64,000 nucleotides of DNA, taken from positions 128,001 through 192,000 of IMG/VR virus record IMGVR_UViG_3300023174_003901. One strand, written 5' to 3'. The translations under genes were made by a program, and so were the position numbers. A model generated the notes under the pieces. The model had not been told where the DNA came from. It ran no database searches and was given only the letters and a program-made list of their open reading frames with translations. This stretch comes from a virus (Duplodnaviria > Caudoviricetes). Below, in pieces: positions 1 through 9,084 of this stretch; position 1 is the first letter of the stretch, and every line of letters starts with the position of its first letter.

Positions 1-129
1 TCTATTGCCAGTATCATATGGCTCAAGATTGAGATCACTGCTGTTGGCAAATGCATCACTTAGACACAAGAGATTTTTGAGATGATTGCCACCTCCCGAA
101 GGAGGGTAAGCAATAATGGTGGCTTGCAC
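1..129 (-). CDS. 5' part of a sulfotransferase-like/P-loop hypothetical protein (runs off the window)
   Basis: Not in the ORF track. A GTG start 1 nt after the stop of 131..583 reads (M)QATIIAYPPSGGGNHLKNLLCLS..., open to base 1. The start resembles 46856..47569 (IVIDYQEGAGGEFIASWL). Confidence 0.55.
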   Translation of the reverse strand, partial: MQATIIAYPPSGGGNHLKNLLCLSDAFANSSDLNLEPYDTGNR

Positions 130-130
130 G

Positions 131-583
131 TTAGATCTTGATTGAAAGATTAGGGCGAGAAAGTTCATACTTGATCAAGGCGCCATTCTCACCATCTTCG
201 GCCACCTCAATCCACACTGCACGGTCAGGATATCGACCAGCAATTTCTGCGTACAAGTCATCAGCCATCATTTCACAACTTTTATAGTCAAGTTGTAAGA
301 TGCCGTCTTTGTACAAATTTTCTAACCAACGTTTGAATTGAATAAACTCAATGTCGCGGTCGTTGTGTAGCACATCAATCCATACTCTAAAGTGGAATAT
401 ATGACGATGTGGGGTACCAAGGAAACTCACATCATATTCATCACCTGTAGCCAGTGCAGAATCAGTAGCCGCCGCTGGATAGCAATGTATGCCTTCCTTG
501 CGGAATGTAACCCAGATTTTACGTTCTGCGTGACTCATGATTCGCTCACGCTGTTCTGTTAGTGCTTGCTCTCGTTGGTTCAT
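131..583 (-). CDS. QueD-like (6-carboxytetrahydropterin synthase, T-fold) protein
   Basis: EGIHCYP...PHRHIFHFRVWI...DRDIEFIQFKRWL...SCEMMA...VAEDGENGA pattern of phage QueD-like proteins; same operon as a TGT/DpdA-like gene. Confidence 0.65.
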   Translation of the reverse strand: MNQREQALTEQRERIMSHAERKIWVTFRKEGIHCYPAAATDSALATGDEYDVSFLGTPHRHIFHFRVWIDVLHNDRDIEFIQFKRWLENLYKDGILQLDYKSCEMMADDLYAEIAGRYPDRAVWIEVAEDGENGALIKYELSRPNLSIKI

Positions 584-987
584 GCTTTTAATGACTCCAT
601 GGTAATAATTTTGCCAAGTTCTTCGCCAATGTCTTGATCACTGGAGATCACATGCAGTTCAAAAAGGCTGTCACCGGTGCGTCGGTCATTACGACGAGTT
701 TCAACCACAGTACCACCATTGGCACGATACACTTCAAATCTAATACCCGTGGCACTGATTCTAATTTCATCTGGACGTTCTGATATCTGGATGTCTTCTT
801 GATGATGATCGCTCATGCTCCAAGTGACCAAATCTTTGATCATTCGTTTAAACATATTGGGTCCTTTTGTTTGATATTTTCTTGTTGATTTACCTAAGGT
901 AGCATCATAGCCAAAAATTGTGTTTATTCTATGTTTATGTTGTTTAGTGCTAACTTTGGCACCCATGATTGCTGGATATGTTGCCAT
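580..987 (-). CDS. hypothetical protein (probable real start at 855, MFKRMIKD)
   Basis: ORF abuts both neighbours; no recognisable motif. Confidence 0.5.
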   Translation of the reverse strand: MATYPAIMGAKVSTKQHKHRINTIFGYDATLGKSTRKYQTKGPNMFKRMIKDLVTWSMSDHHQEDIQISERPDEIRISATGIRFEVYRANGGTVVETRRNDRRTGDSLFELHVISSDQDIGEELGKIITMESLKA

Positions 988-1514
988 TAGATTACTGAAT
1001 CCTCACGATAGTCATCCCACGATGTAAATGTTCTTCGACTCATTAGACTGTGGAGACTGTGACACCAAACTCCAGGATTGGTAGCATCAAAGTCCTTGTC
1101 ATCTATTTTTAACATTGTATTATAATTCCACAGTTTTGTATAGGGTAGACTTACCCGAATCTGCGGAACAAAGTTTCTGTAGTCGCAAAGTGGGCCATCA
1201 TGAAACTCGTCCACGTGAGTAATTGGAATGTCCAGACTACACAAGTGACCGTCACGTAGAAATGGTTCAATCATGCTTTCCCATCGTTGCCATTCCAGTC
1301 TGTTGCTAGGATGAAAACTGTGATTGGCACCAAAGAAGATGTGTTTGATATGTTTGGTGTTGTCTGTGTGTGAATTGTGTTCGGCTAGTAGTCGAACAAT
1401 TTCGAGTACAGGTTGCCATCCCACAACAAACAAAGTGTGTCGGCCAAATGCAGGGGTGCGTTCTACTTCTGTTCCTACAAAAAAGTTTACGTCTTTGTGT
1501 CCGTTTCGATTCAT
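987..1514 (-). CDS. hypothetical protein in the deazaguanine operon
   Basis: 175 aa ORF overlapping the dpdA-like stop; FFVGTEVERTP and HIFFGANHSF motifs; function unknown. Confidence 0.6.
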   Translation of the reverse strand: MNRNGHKDVNFFVGTEVERTPAFGRHTLFVVGWQPVLEIVRLLAEHNSHTDNTKHIKHIFFGANHSFHPSNRLEWQRWESMIEPFLRDGHLCSLDIPITHVDEFHDGPLCDYRNFVPQIRVSLPYTKLWNYNTMLKIDDKDFDATNPGVWCHSLHSLMSRRTFTSWDDYREDSVI

Positions 1515-3088
1515 TTCTTTTGGTCCTGTTCCAGTTGATCCAATGCTGATGTGTCTAATTCTACACTATCATCGTCGGTTTCTGCAACCTCAACTTCTTC
1601 GAAAAACGTATTAAATTGCGGTCTTGCACTGATGGTCTTGTCACCTTTGAATCCTCTAGTGCCCACAATGTCCATCCAATATCTTGAGTAATGTTTGATA
1701 ATGGCTTCGGATTCCTCACGATCTGGTGTGGCAAATATGGCATCCACAATGTCCTTGAAGTGTGCATGGTCTCCAGTACGACCTTTGGTACCTTGGTTCC
1801 ACATCATAGCCGGCCACGAACCTGAATCGTATGTGCGATTGGCACGTTGAACTGATTCTAAATGTGTCCAAACATTGTGACCCATAAGCAAAGCATAACT
1901 AAAACTATCCCAACTTGTCTTGCCTTCTTTGCCAATCTTGTTTAGGTCACCTGGTTTGTAAATACAGATGTCTTTCATCTGTAGGTGTTGGCTAATTGGT
2001 GACTCATCAAAGTGACCAATCAATCCATCTGCTACCACTGCCTGTCCATATGGACGAGTATCTGCGGCATACTTCTTGTCATCCACAATAGGACTCATAC
2101 GATAGCACCACTTGTCGTTGTGTGGCAAGTCAATGTGATGATATACCTGTCCATTGGCAGTGGCAAGGAATGGACTGGCACAATCAAAGGAAATAGTAAA
2201 AGACGGATTAACGTATTTTCTAACTGCTCTTTGGATCACAGTGAGTAGCACAGCCCATTCCAACTTTGATGTGCCCAAGAAGTGCATCCAATCGTGTAAA
2301 CCTTCTTGTAGCAAACCGTCATGACGTAGTGCTACCAGTCTGCGCAAAACTAAATCAACGTCACACATGTTTTGACCACCCATGCCCCAGCCATCAAAGT
2401 GACGACCTGGATACTTGGCAGGATCGCAGTAGCCTTTCATAAGTTCATACCATGCATCTGCGTTGGGATGATTGTCACCTTGCAACACATTCAAGAACTT
2501 GGCACCACCGTTATCTTTGCCTTTACGGTGCTTGATAAAGTATTCGTTGTTGTACTTGGTGGCCGCAACTGCTTGGTCCAAGGTTTTAATTTGGCAAGCA
2601 TCTGACGCTTTCTTGTCATGAATAACCCAGGTAGGAATATCGAGCCCCATGCCATATGTGCTGATTGAGTCTAACCAAGTCAACACTTGTGAACGTTTCT
2701 TTTGTGCTTTGGCACAACCCGAATTGGCCTTCCAGTCACCTTCCCACAGGCCCTTGGCAATCTGGAAACCACCTGAGTCGCCTAGCATGATGGTATTGGG
2801 GTCTCGATTGCGAACCATGTCCTCTGACCAGTCTTGTTTGGTCAAATCTAAGTTGGCATGACCACCTGAGTATAGACTCCACTTGTAAGGGAACAGGCCC
2901 TTCTGCGAATTAAGCCAGTTCATCATTTCCATGTCCTGCATGCCTGCTGGCAATCTAGAAGGATCCACATAAGGACCATTCACAGGATCACGTTGCTTGC
3001 CTACAAAAGTAGCATAGAAGCCAGAGATGGCTGGTAAGAACACAGCATAGTCTAGTTGTTTGGCAGTTAAATTGTCTTGTTCACTCAT
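1511..3088 (-). CDS. dpdA: tRNA-guanine transglycosylase-like / DpdA-like DNA deazaguanine transglycosylase
   Basis: TGT-family MLGDSGGFQ motif, LDIP, LNVLQG, GWGMGG, HFLG, SFDCASP and C-terminal HN. Confidence 0.75.
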   Translation of the reverse strand: MSEQDNLTAKQLDYAVFLPAISGFYATFVGKQRDPVNGPYVDPSRLPAGMQDMEMMNWLNSQKGLFPYKWSLYSGGHANLDLTKQDWSEDMVRNRDPNTIMLGDSGGFQIAKGLWEGDWKANSGCAKAQKKRSQVLTWLDSISTYGMGLDIPTWVIHDKKASDACQIKTLDQAVAATKYNNEYFIKHRKGKDNGGAKFLNVLQGDNHPNADAWYELMKGYCDPAKYPGRHFDGWGMGGQNMCDVDLVLRRLVALRHDGLLQEGLHDWMHFLGTSKLEWAVLLTVIQRAVRKYVNPSFTISFDCASPFLATANGQVYHHIDLPHNDKWCYRMSPIVDDKKYAADTRPYGQAVVADGLIGHFDESPISQHLQMKDICIYKPGDLNKIGKEGKTSWDSFSYALLMGHNVWTHLESVQRANRTYDSGSWPAMMWNQGTKGRTGDHAHFKDIVDAIFATPDREESEAIIKHYSRYWMDIVGTRGFKGDKTISARPQFNTFFEEVEVAETDDDSVELDTSALDQLEQDQKK

Positions 3089-3762
3089 TGGTTGAATACC
3101 TGTTTTATTATTTCATAATCGCGAGCATAGGCTTTTTGTACTCGCTCACACAGTTCGGGTCTGGTATTTAGACGATGTTGCAAAAATTCATGAAGTTTTT
3201 TTGTGTCTGGATTGTCATTACCATCGTTGCGATCAAGATTTATTATTAAGTCAAGTCCTAACCCGGATGCAAAATTAGCATCAAAATCTTTGTCAAGCAT
3301 AAAATAACGTCTTGTAAGACCAGGCTTTATATGTTCATAAAAATCATGTTGAGGCCACACATGATCATCAAATCTAAACACATTGTCAAATATCAATCGT
3401 TCAGTAGTTTGATTGTAACAACTAATAAAATCATCAGCAGTCATACTATAATCTTCTGCCCCTTCGAGCATGCCCGGAAACACAGGACCATTGGGTCCTA
3501 CCGGACACAACACATAAGTTTTGAGATATTGACTCATACCACTAACCCATCTTGTCAACGGGTCTCTCAGGATCACAACTATCTCTTTCAAATCAAGCCA
3601 GGTGTCATTGGTTACCACAGCAGTCTTCCACTTGAATCTAGTGGTCCAATCTAGCACATAACTACTGGCATTTTTTGGTATATTAACAATGAATTTAGTA
3701 TTGTCAGGACTTATCATTCCTGAACACTCACCAAAACCTCGATTTGATAATGCTAGGTTCAC
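3085..3762 (-). CDS. sulfotransferase family 2-like protein
   Basis: IPKNASS (5'-PSB-like loop), ILRDPLTRWVSG (3'-PB-like motif), DHVWPQ. Confidence 0.6.
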   Translation of the reverse strand: MNLALSNRGFGECSGMISPDNTKFIVNIPKNASSYVLDWTTRFKWKTAVVTNDTWLDLKEIVVILRDPLTRWVSGMSQYLKTYVLCPVGPNGPVFPGMLEGAEDYSMTADDFISCYNQTTERLIFDNVFRFDDHVWPQHDFYEHIKPGLTRRYFMLDKDFDANFASGLGLDLIINLDRNDGNDNPDTKKLHEFLQHRLNTRPELCERVQKAYARDYEIIKQVFNQ

Positions 3763-4481
3763 TTGCTTTGTGCTGGAAGAATATAGTTGTAAACAGCCAA
3801 GCCAGAATCCACTGTGATCTGCATGGCACCGTCATCACTGATACGCATGGTCTTGTCCCCAACCAGCCCCATGATGCTCAATACCTGTGCCACCGGCCAT
3901 GCCCAAGCACGTTTGAGTTGTCCTGCAACTCCTGGCTGGAACACAAAATTGCCTGCGTGTGTAGAATGGTCTCCAAAGAAAAACTTTAGATCTCCATTTT
4001 CTGTTTTGGCAGTGAATGTGGTCTCTTCGGCATTGGCCTGTGCCTGCATACGTAATCGTTGAATAGCCGCCACAGTGGGTTCGAACTCAATATGCCATGT
4101 AGGTGCCTTAAACTTGAGTGTCTTGAGTTTCTCACTCACAATCTCTGCGGCCATAAATCTGTAACTATTTTTAAAGTCACCGTCAGCATTTTCAAAGTTC
4201 AGGCCATCAGGAGCACCTGTGGACTTCTTGCTCAACGCAATCTTGGCATTCTCTTTGTACTCTTGCAAGTTCAACAAGATTTTGAGTTTGGTCAAATTAG
4301 GCATGCCAAATGTACCTGCAAAGTCTGCCACTGGGTTATGGAATCGGGCTTCAACTACCACACTCTTGTCTTCGGCTAGTCCGTTAATAGCAGTTGTAGC
4401 GTCGTCGCCGTTGATCTTGATCAAATCGATACAGCCAAGATCGTGTGTGTGTTGTACTAGGTCTAATAAATGGTCTCTCAT
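3759..4481 (-). CDS. probable DNA polymerase sliding clamp (gp45-like)
   Basis: 240 aa with an alternating beta/alpha pattern, close to the polymerase; a clamp loader is at 48097. Assigned from size, context and general resemblance. Confidence 0.55.
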   Translation of the reverse strand: MRDHLLDLVQHTHDLGCIDLIKINGDDATTAINGLAEDKSVVVEARFHNPVADFAGTFGMPNLTKLKILLNLQEYKENAKIALSKKSTGAPDGLNFENADGDFKNSYRFMAAEIVSEKLKTLKFKAPTWHIEFEPTVAAIQRLRMQAQANAEETTFTAKTENGDLKFFFGDHSTHAGNFVFQPGVAGQLKRAWAWPVAQVLSIMGLVGDKTMRISDDGAMQITVDSGLAVYNYILPAQSK

Positions 4482-5647
4482 GATTGCTTCCTTTGGTTAA
4501 ATAATTCCGTTATCATCTGCTCAGTTAGTGGTTGAGGATGTATGCTCTGTTCAATAGAGCGTCTTAGTTTTTTTGCTGAGTATTGTCCTTTGGTGACGCA
4601 TTGTTTTAGGTCAATACCTAATCGTTGGGCAATGTTCAACAATATATTCAATTCATTGTACACAGAGTCTGGCGGGTTGTCAATGACATTGGTAATGTTT
4701 GATGCAGTAGATCTTTGGTGTATGGCTGCTAGGGTTTGCCCTCCGCGTATGCTAGACCAATTACCGGGGCGCCGAAGTTCCATCCAACTGTTATTTGAAT
4801 CATCGTCTAGATCGAACACTGTTTCATATCCTAGGGCTTGTGCATATGCTCGAACCAGTCGTCCAGGTGTATAACAACCAAAACAATGTTCAACTGCACC
4901 TACTCGTCTGGCAAGATCACAGTTGTTATAGGTGAACGCTAATACACCACCTGGCCTCAGCAGTTCAAAGCATTCCCTGAGATACTGTTGTAGCACCGGC
5001 CAAGGTCGATAATTGAAAAAATGAAATGCATAGATCAACCCAAACTGCCCAGCAGGCAAATTGATAAACGTGGGTTGATTATTGTATTCTTCAATCACAT
5101 AATGTCGTAGCCTGCGTTGATATTCAGGAGTAAACCACGACTCGGTGAGTTCTAACAATTGGTCACTGGTATCTACAAAGTACATGGGATCGCAAGCCAC
5201 AAGATCTTCTACGTACTTGGCATGGGCCGGACGTATAACCATACCTGGATGTTGCCAACTGGTATATATTTTGAGTCGCTGTTGAATTATCACGGCAGTC
5301 ACAGGATCTACGCCTATACGCCGATCTCGAATATGATCAGCCGAATCATTGCGATAACCGGTGTTGTAGAGGTCTAAACTGTTTTGAAAATACTCTGGTT
5401 CCTGTTGTTCTATTAGATTTTGAACAGACAACTTTAGTTGAGTAAACTGTTTTTCAAACTGCTCAACTGCTTGAGATACTTGTTCACGTGCTCGGTTCAT
5501 CTGATCCACAGCATTAGGAATCTGTATACTACTAACTTCGGCAACATTTATTATGCTCGAAATTTCATCCAGCAATTCTTGAGCCGTAGGTCTACTGCTA
5601 AGGGTATCTAATAAATTCTTATAACTGACTATGTCGCTGAGTTTCAT
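4478..5647 (-). CDS. class I SAM-dependent methyltransferase with N-terminal coiled coil
   Basis: MYFVDTS, QFGLIYAFHFFNY and LLRPGGVLAFTY (post-II/III motifs); heptad-rich N-terminus. Confidence 0.6.
   Translation of the reverse strand: MKLSDIVSYKNLLDTLSSRPTAQELLDEISSIINVAEVSSIQIPNAVDQMNRAREQVSQAVEQFEKQFTQLKLSVQNLIEQQEPEYFQNSLDLYNTGYRNDSADHIRDRRIGVDPVTAVIIQQRLKIYTSWQHPGMVIRPAHAKYVEDLVACDPMYFVDTSDQLLELTESWFTPEYQRRLRHYVIEEYNNQPTFINLPAGQFGLIYAFHFFNYRPWPVLQQYLRECFELLRPGGVLAFTYNNCDLARRVGAVEHCFGCYTPGRLVRAYAQALGYETVFDLDDDSNNSWMELRRPGNWSSIRGGQTLAAIHQRSTASNITNVIDNPPDSVYNELNILLNIAQRLGIDLKQCVTKGQYSAKKLRRSIEQSIHPQPLTEQMITELFNQRKQS
4655..4683 (-). promoter_or_regulatory. sigma70-type promoter embedded in the 3' end of the methyltransferase gene
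   Basis: Minus strand TTGACA-17 nt-TACAAT, about 170 nt upstream of the clamp-like gene. Confidence 0.7.
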
Positions 5648-8304
5648 TCAAATTCAAACAAATTAGTAAATGTGTTTTCTGTGTTGGTTGCTGATGCTAA
5701 TTCCCAGTCCAATACACCAAGCAAATTGTCGACCTTTTGATCCACAACCGTTGCTTCCATAAGTCCATCATCAAATGGCAATTCGGTAAACCAAGTGGGC
5801 AAACGTTGTTCATCCGTAGGATAACCGATTGACGTCCATCCAAGTGCATTTGACTTGAGTTTACACACAATAGTTTTCATACCATCTACAATTTGCATAC
5901 TATAGTTGTCCCCGTTCATTCTACGCATTTGGTTCCAGTTCATTGCGGCTCGCACATGCCCTGGCATGTTGGCTTTGCCAAGCCTGGCTTCTTCTGCCGC
6001 ATACTTGGTCAAATTGTTCACACGTTTGGGTGAACCTTTCTCCCAACCTGGACGCTCCATGAACTCGTATTTGAATTCACGGATACGTTCCACAATGTCA
6101 TCCTTACCTGCACCAGACAGTAGTTTATTTAGAATTTCTAACAAGAACTCTTGAATTACTTTGGGGGTGTCACTGCGTTTTAAGTCAAGTCCTGTGGCCT
6201 TGGTTTTACCAATTGACCCATTTACATCTAATCGCTTGCCTTCAATGTCAATGGCATTTACAGCATAACGCTTCTTGGTAATAAACAAACCACGATCTGC
6301 TACAGTTTCACGACCACACTTGATCAATTCACCCATGTCACGGGGACAATGAAACGCCTGTTCCATAAAGCCAGGGAAACTCGAGTTGACCTGTTCAGCA
6401 AGGCTGTCGTACAGTTGAATACAAGTTTCTTTCGACCATGCCATCCTACCTTCTTCAACTTCTTTCTTGAGTACCGGCCACGCGGAGAAATAACACGAGT
6501 CTGTGTCACCATATATAACTGCTTGGCCCACATGGTCGTATTCGCCTGTGATACACTCATTAAGATGAGCGTCCATGTGCCGGGCAATTGAACGACCAGT
6601 AAGTGTTGTTGACTGTCCAATACGTTTGTCAAAGAACCTACAACCCGGGTTAAGAATAGCCCCGTATAAACTGTTGAGGTTAATCTTTTTAACCAGTTGT
6701 CGTTTGTCCCAGAAAGCAATTTCTTTGGCATCTTTTGCGTCTTTCTTCTTGGCTTGTAAGTCTTTGCGCTCACTGTACCAACGTTTTAGTAGTCCAGGAA
6801 TGATACCTTCCTTATCGTAAGTGAAGATAGTTCCATTGGCACTGAGTATCCAAGGTTGATTAGAGTCAAACATCATATGCCATATTTCAGCACCTGAATG
6901 CACAGTCTCCTCACCTGACTGCCAATCTATAGTAATCTCTGTACCACGCTCTTGATTCAATACTGAGGTATATTCTAAACTAGCAAACACGCCTTCCCAT
7001 GCGGCCGCAAAACTTTGTCCTTTGGCCATGTTGTCCTTGATCAGTCGATCAGTCATCACAGGACGCAGTTGTCCTACAATGGTTTCTGGCCCCATGTTGA
7101 GCGCACGAATAGCCGAGGGATAGAGACTGTTGATGTCAACTGATCCAATCCATTCGTGGACACCTTTCTTGGGATAAGCAACATAGGCACCTGCCGCCTG
7201 TGTGTCTTCGTCTGTGAGTCTTTGTTTGCGGTTGGGCACAACCATTCCACGTTCATGTGCTTCATTGATAATTGCCTGTTCAGTTACAGCCACCGCTCCC
7301 ATTGTGGTTTGCAGTAGCACGGTATTGGCGTGAGCCAATTCATTGGCCAATTCCAAGAAGCGTAACTTCTTGTCCATCTTGGCGATAAGCATAGTATCTT
7401 GACGATTATACTCAATAAACGTCCGGAAATGTTGGTTGTATAAACTATCCAGTGTGCCTTCAAACTGTGTCTTGCGTTCGCCCAGTTCGTATTCAGAGAT
7501 GGCATCTAAACTGTATGAGTGGCGTTCTTCATAGGTGTACTTGCGATACAGTTGCATATAGTCCATATGCACCCGACCAATCAAGTCGTATGTTTCATTT
7601 TCAGCACCAAAGCGTTCAAACATACGCTTCTTGGGCAATTGGTTCCATAAACAAAAACGACGTGTGTCATCTTTTGATAACACTCGTGTGGCTCTGTTGA
7701 TGGTGTAGGGAATGTCATAGCCTTCTGAGTTCCAACCCGTTAGGATGTCCGCATCTTCAATCAAGTCCAGGAATGTCTTGATCATTTCTGACTCTTGTTC
7801 AAACAAGATGGTGTTCTCAAAGTCGGCCACAAGATCCTGTGCTGTGGCCCAGGTCATGCTCCGGGGCGGCACCGCAAGTGTTACTAACTGATCTAACCAG
7901 TCGAGATAGACTGAAATTGCAGTAATGGGATTAAAAGGGTCTGATACAGGTGAGAAGCCGCGGTCTTTATCAAAAGCCACCTCAATGTCAAAAAACGCTG
8001 TGTGAAGTTCAGGCGCATCTTGGTCTTTGTAGTTTTCTTCAAGGCATCTGAAGATGGGATTGATGTCGCTTTCATACAGCGGTTTATGGCTGTGAACGCG
8101 GACCTCCTTGCGAAACTCTTTGTTGTTTCTTGTACTAAATCTTGATACGGGTGTGCCATAGATACTTTGAAATTTACCTCGGGAGTCATCATAATAGAAA
8201 ATATAATTTGCTGGGTATTCCCGATACACTCGTTCGCCATTGCGACGTTCTACAATGTGAATACGATCGTGCTCACGATCAAATAGTGCGTCAATGTAAC
8301 TCAT
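5644..8304 (-). CDS. DNA polymerase family B (gp43-like) with 3'-5' exonuclease
   Basis: ExoI FFDIEV, ExoII GWNSEGYDIPY, ExoIII YNRQD, motif A DINSLYPS, motif B KINLNSLYG, motif C YGDTDS. Confidence 0.97.
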   Translation of the reverse strand: MSYIDALFDREHDRIHIVERRNGERVYREYPANYIFYYDDSRGKFQSIYGTPVSRFSTRNNKEFRKEVRVHSHKPLYESDINPIFRCLEENYKDQDAPELHTAFFDIEVAFDKDRGFSPVSDPFNPITAISVYLDWLDQLVTLAVPPRSMTWATAQDLVADFENTILFEQESEMIKTFLDLIEDADILTGWNSEGYDIPYTINRATRVLSKDDTRRFCLWNQLPKKRMFERFGAENETYDLIGRVHMDYMQLYRKYTYEERHSYSLDAISEYELGERKTQFEGTLDSLYNQHFRTFIEYNRQDTMLIAKMDKKLRFLELANELAHANTVLLQTTMGAVAVTEQAIINEAHERGMVVPNRKQRLTDEDTQAAGAYVAYPKKGVHEWIGSVDINSLYPSAIRALNMGPETIVGQLRPVMTDRLIKDNMAKGQSFAAAWEGVFASLEYTSVLNQERGTEITIDWQSGEETVHSGAEIWHMMFDSNQPWILSANGTIFTYDKEGIIPGLLKRWYSERKDLQAKKKDAKDAKEIAFWDKRQLVKKINLNSLYGAILNPGCRFFDKRIGQSTTLTGRSIARHMDAHLNECITGEYDHVGQAVIYGDTDSCYFSAWPVLKKEVEEGRMAWSKETCIQLYDSLAEQVNSSFPGFMEQAFHCPRDMGELIKCGRETVADRGLFITKKRYAVNAIDIEGKRLDVNGSIGKTKATGLDLKRSDTPKVIQEFLLEILNKLLSGAGKDDIVERIREFKYEFMERPGWEKGSPKRVNNLTKYAAEEARLGKANMPGHVRAAMNWNQMRRMNGDNYSMQIVDGMKTIVCKLKSNALGWTSIGYPTDEQRLPTWFTELPFDDGLMEATVVDQKVDNLLGVLDWELASATNTENTFTNLFEFE

Positions 8305-8359
8305 CTGTCTCCATTTGTGGCTGGTTGGCCATGATTCATGTTCGTCAAGTGAACGATTC

Positions 8360-8668
8360 TCAATTGCTTTGTATCAGCAATTTAATCAGCCCTGCGCTGT
8401 CAATAATACTTAGTATCAAGTAGTTGCCTAGGATACCAAAACTGCCTCGCGTGTAAGCACACCAGGCCATGATCAGACATCCTGTGATGAATGCCGCATA
8501 CAAGGGTATGAATGGCAAGTTGGGCACTGTGATAGCATAGGTTAGACTACAGCCGATGCTTATGACCCAACCCAACATCTCCAGGCAGAAACGCAGGGGA
8601 TATTCGCGGTAGTCGGCTCGAACATAGTCCGCAACTGAACTGCGCCATTCTCGAAATGTTTGACTCAA
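8360..8668 (-). CDS. small membrane protein
   Basis: Three hydrophobic segments; overlaps the upstream stop by 4 nt. Confidence 0.6.
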   Translation of the reverse strand: MSQTFREWRSSVADYVRADYREYPLRFCLEMLGWVISIGCSLTYAITVPNLPFIPLYAAFITGCLIMAWCAYTRGSFGILGNYLILSIIDSAGLIKLLIQSN

Positions 8669-8931
8669 AGTGTTTTACCAACAGTTTCCAAGATGGTGTT
8701 GAGTTCGTCGTGATCTCGATTGGTCTCGCCCAATTTGGCCTTGTGTGCAATCTTGATTGCTTTCTTTAAGGTAGCAGGTTTGATTTCTAATTCTTCAGCA
8801 ATGGCCTTGATGGTGTCATTGAGGCCTTCGTTTAGGGTATCAACTTCGTGTAGCACCTGCATGCCTTCGTTGATCAGTTGTGTGAGTTTGGCTTTGGCTT
8901 CGCCATTGAAAGTGCGGTTATAATCGCTCAT
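8665..8931 (-). CDS. small dsDNA-binding protein (T4 DsbA/GapR-like)
   Basis: Start MSDYNRTF follows AAGGAG; helical LNEGLNDTIKAIAEELEIKPATLKKAIKIAHK pattern. Confidence 0.6.
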   Translation of the reverse strand: MSDYNRTFNGEAKAKLTQLINEGMQVLHEVDTLNEGLNDTIKAIAEELEIKPATLKKAIKIAHKAKLGETNRDHDELNTILETVGKTL

Positions 8932-8950
8932 AAGTTCTCCTTGATCATGT

Positions 8951-8979
8951 ATTATACATTGATGTGTTAACGAAAGCAA
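8951..8979 (-). promoter_or_regulatory. sigma70-type promoter
   Basis: Minus strand TTGCTT-17 nt-TATAAT, followed by an AAGGAG RBS. Confidence 0.75.
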
Positions 8980-8993
8980 TGGGTTTGGTAAAG

Positions 8994-9083
8994 AAAAATG
9001 CTCACTTATGGGTTCCAGTAGCGAATTGGATGACCAAGGCAGCAGCCGCCTACCCTCGCAACTAGTGCGGTCCTAAGGGTGTT
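8994..9083 (-). ncRNA. candidate structured RNA (three hairpins, possible pseudoknot)
   Basis: GC-rich intergenic block. Stems ACCCU/AGGGU plus CGCA/UGCG around a UAGGAC bulge; AGGC/GCCU; GGU-UCCA/UGGA-ACC; then AAGUGAGC and a U-tract. Confidence 0.5.
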
Positions 9084-9084
9084 C

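Noticed and set aside
5644-8304. Intein or intron in the DNA polymerase
   Set aside because: 886 aa is normal, the motifs are contiguous and no splicing motifs are present.
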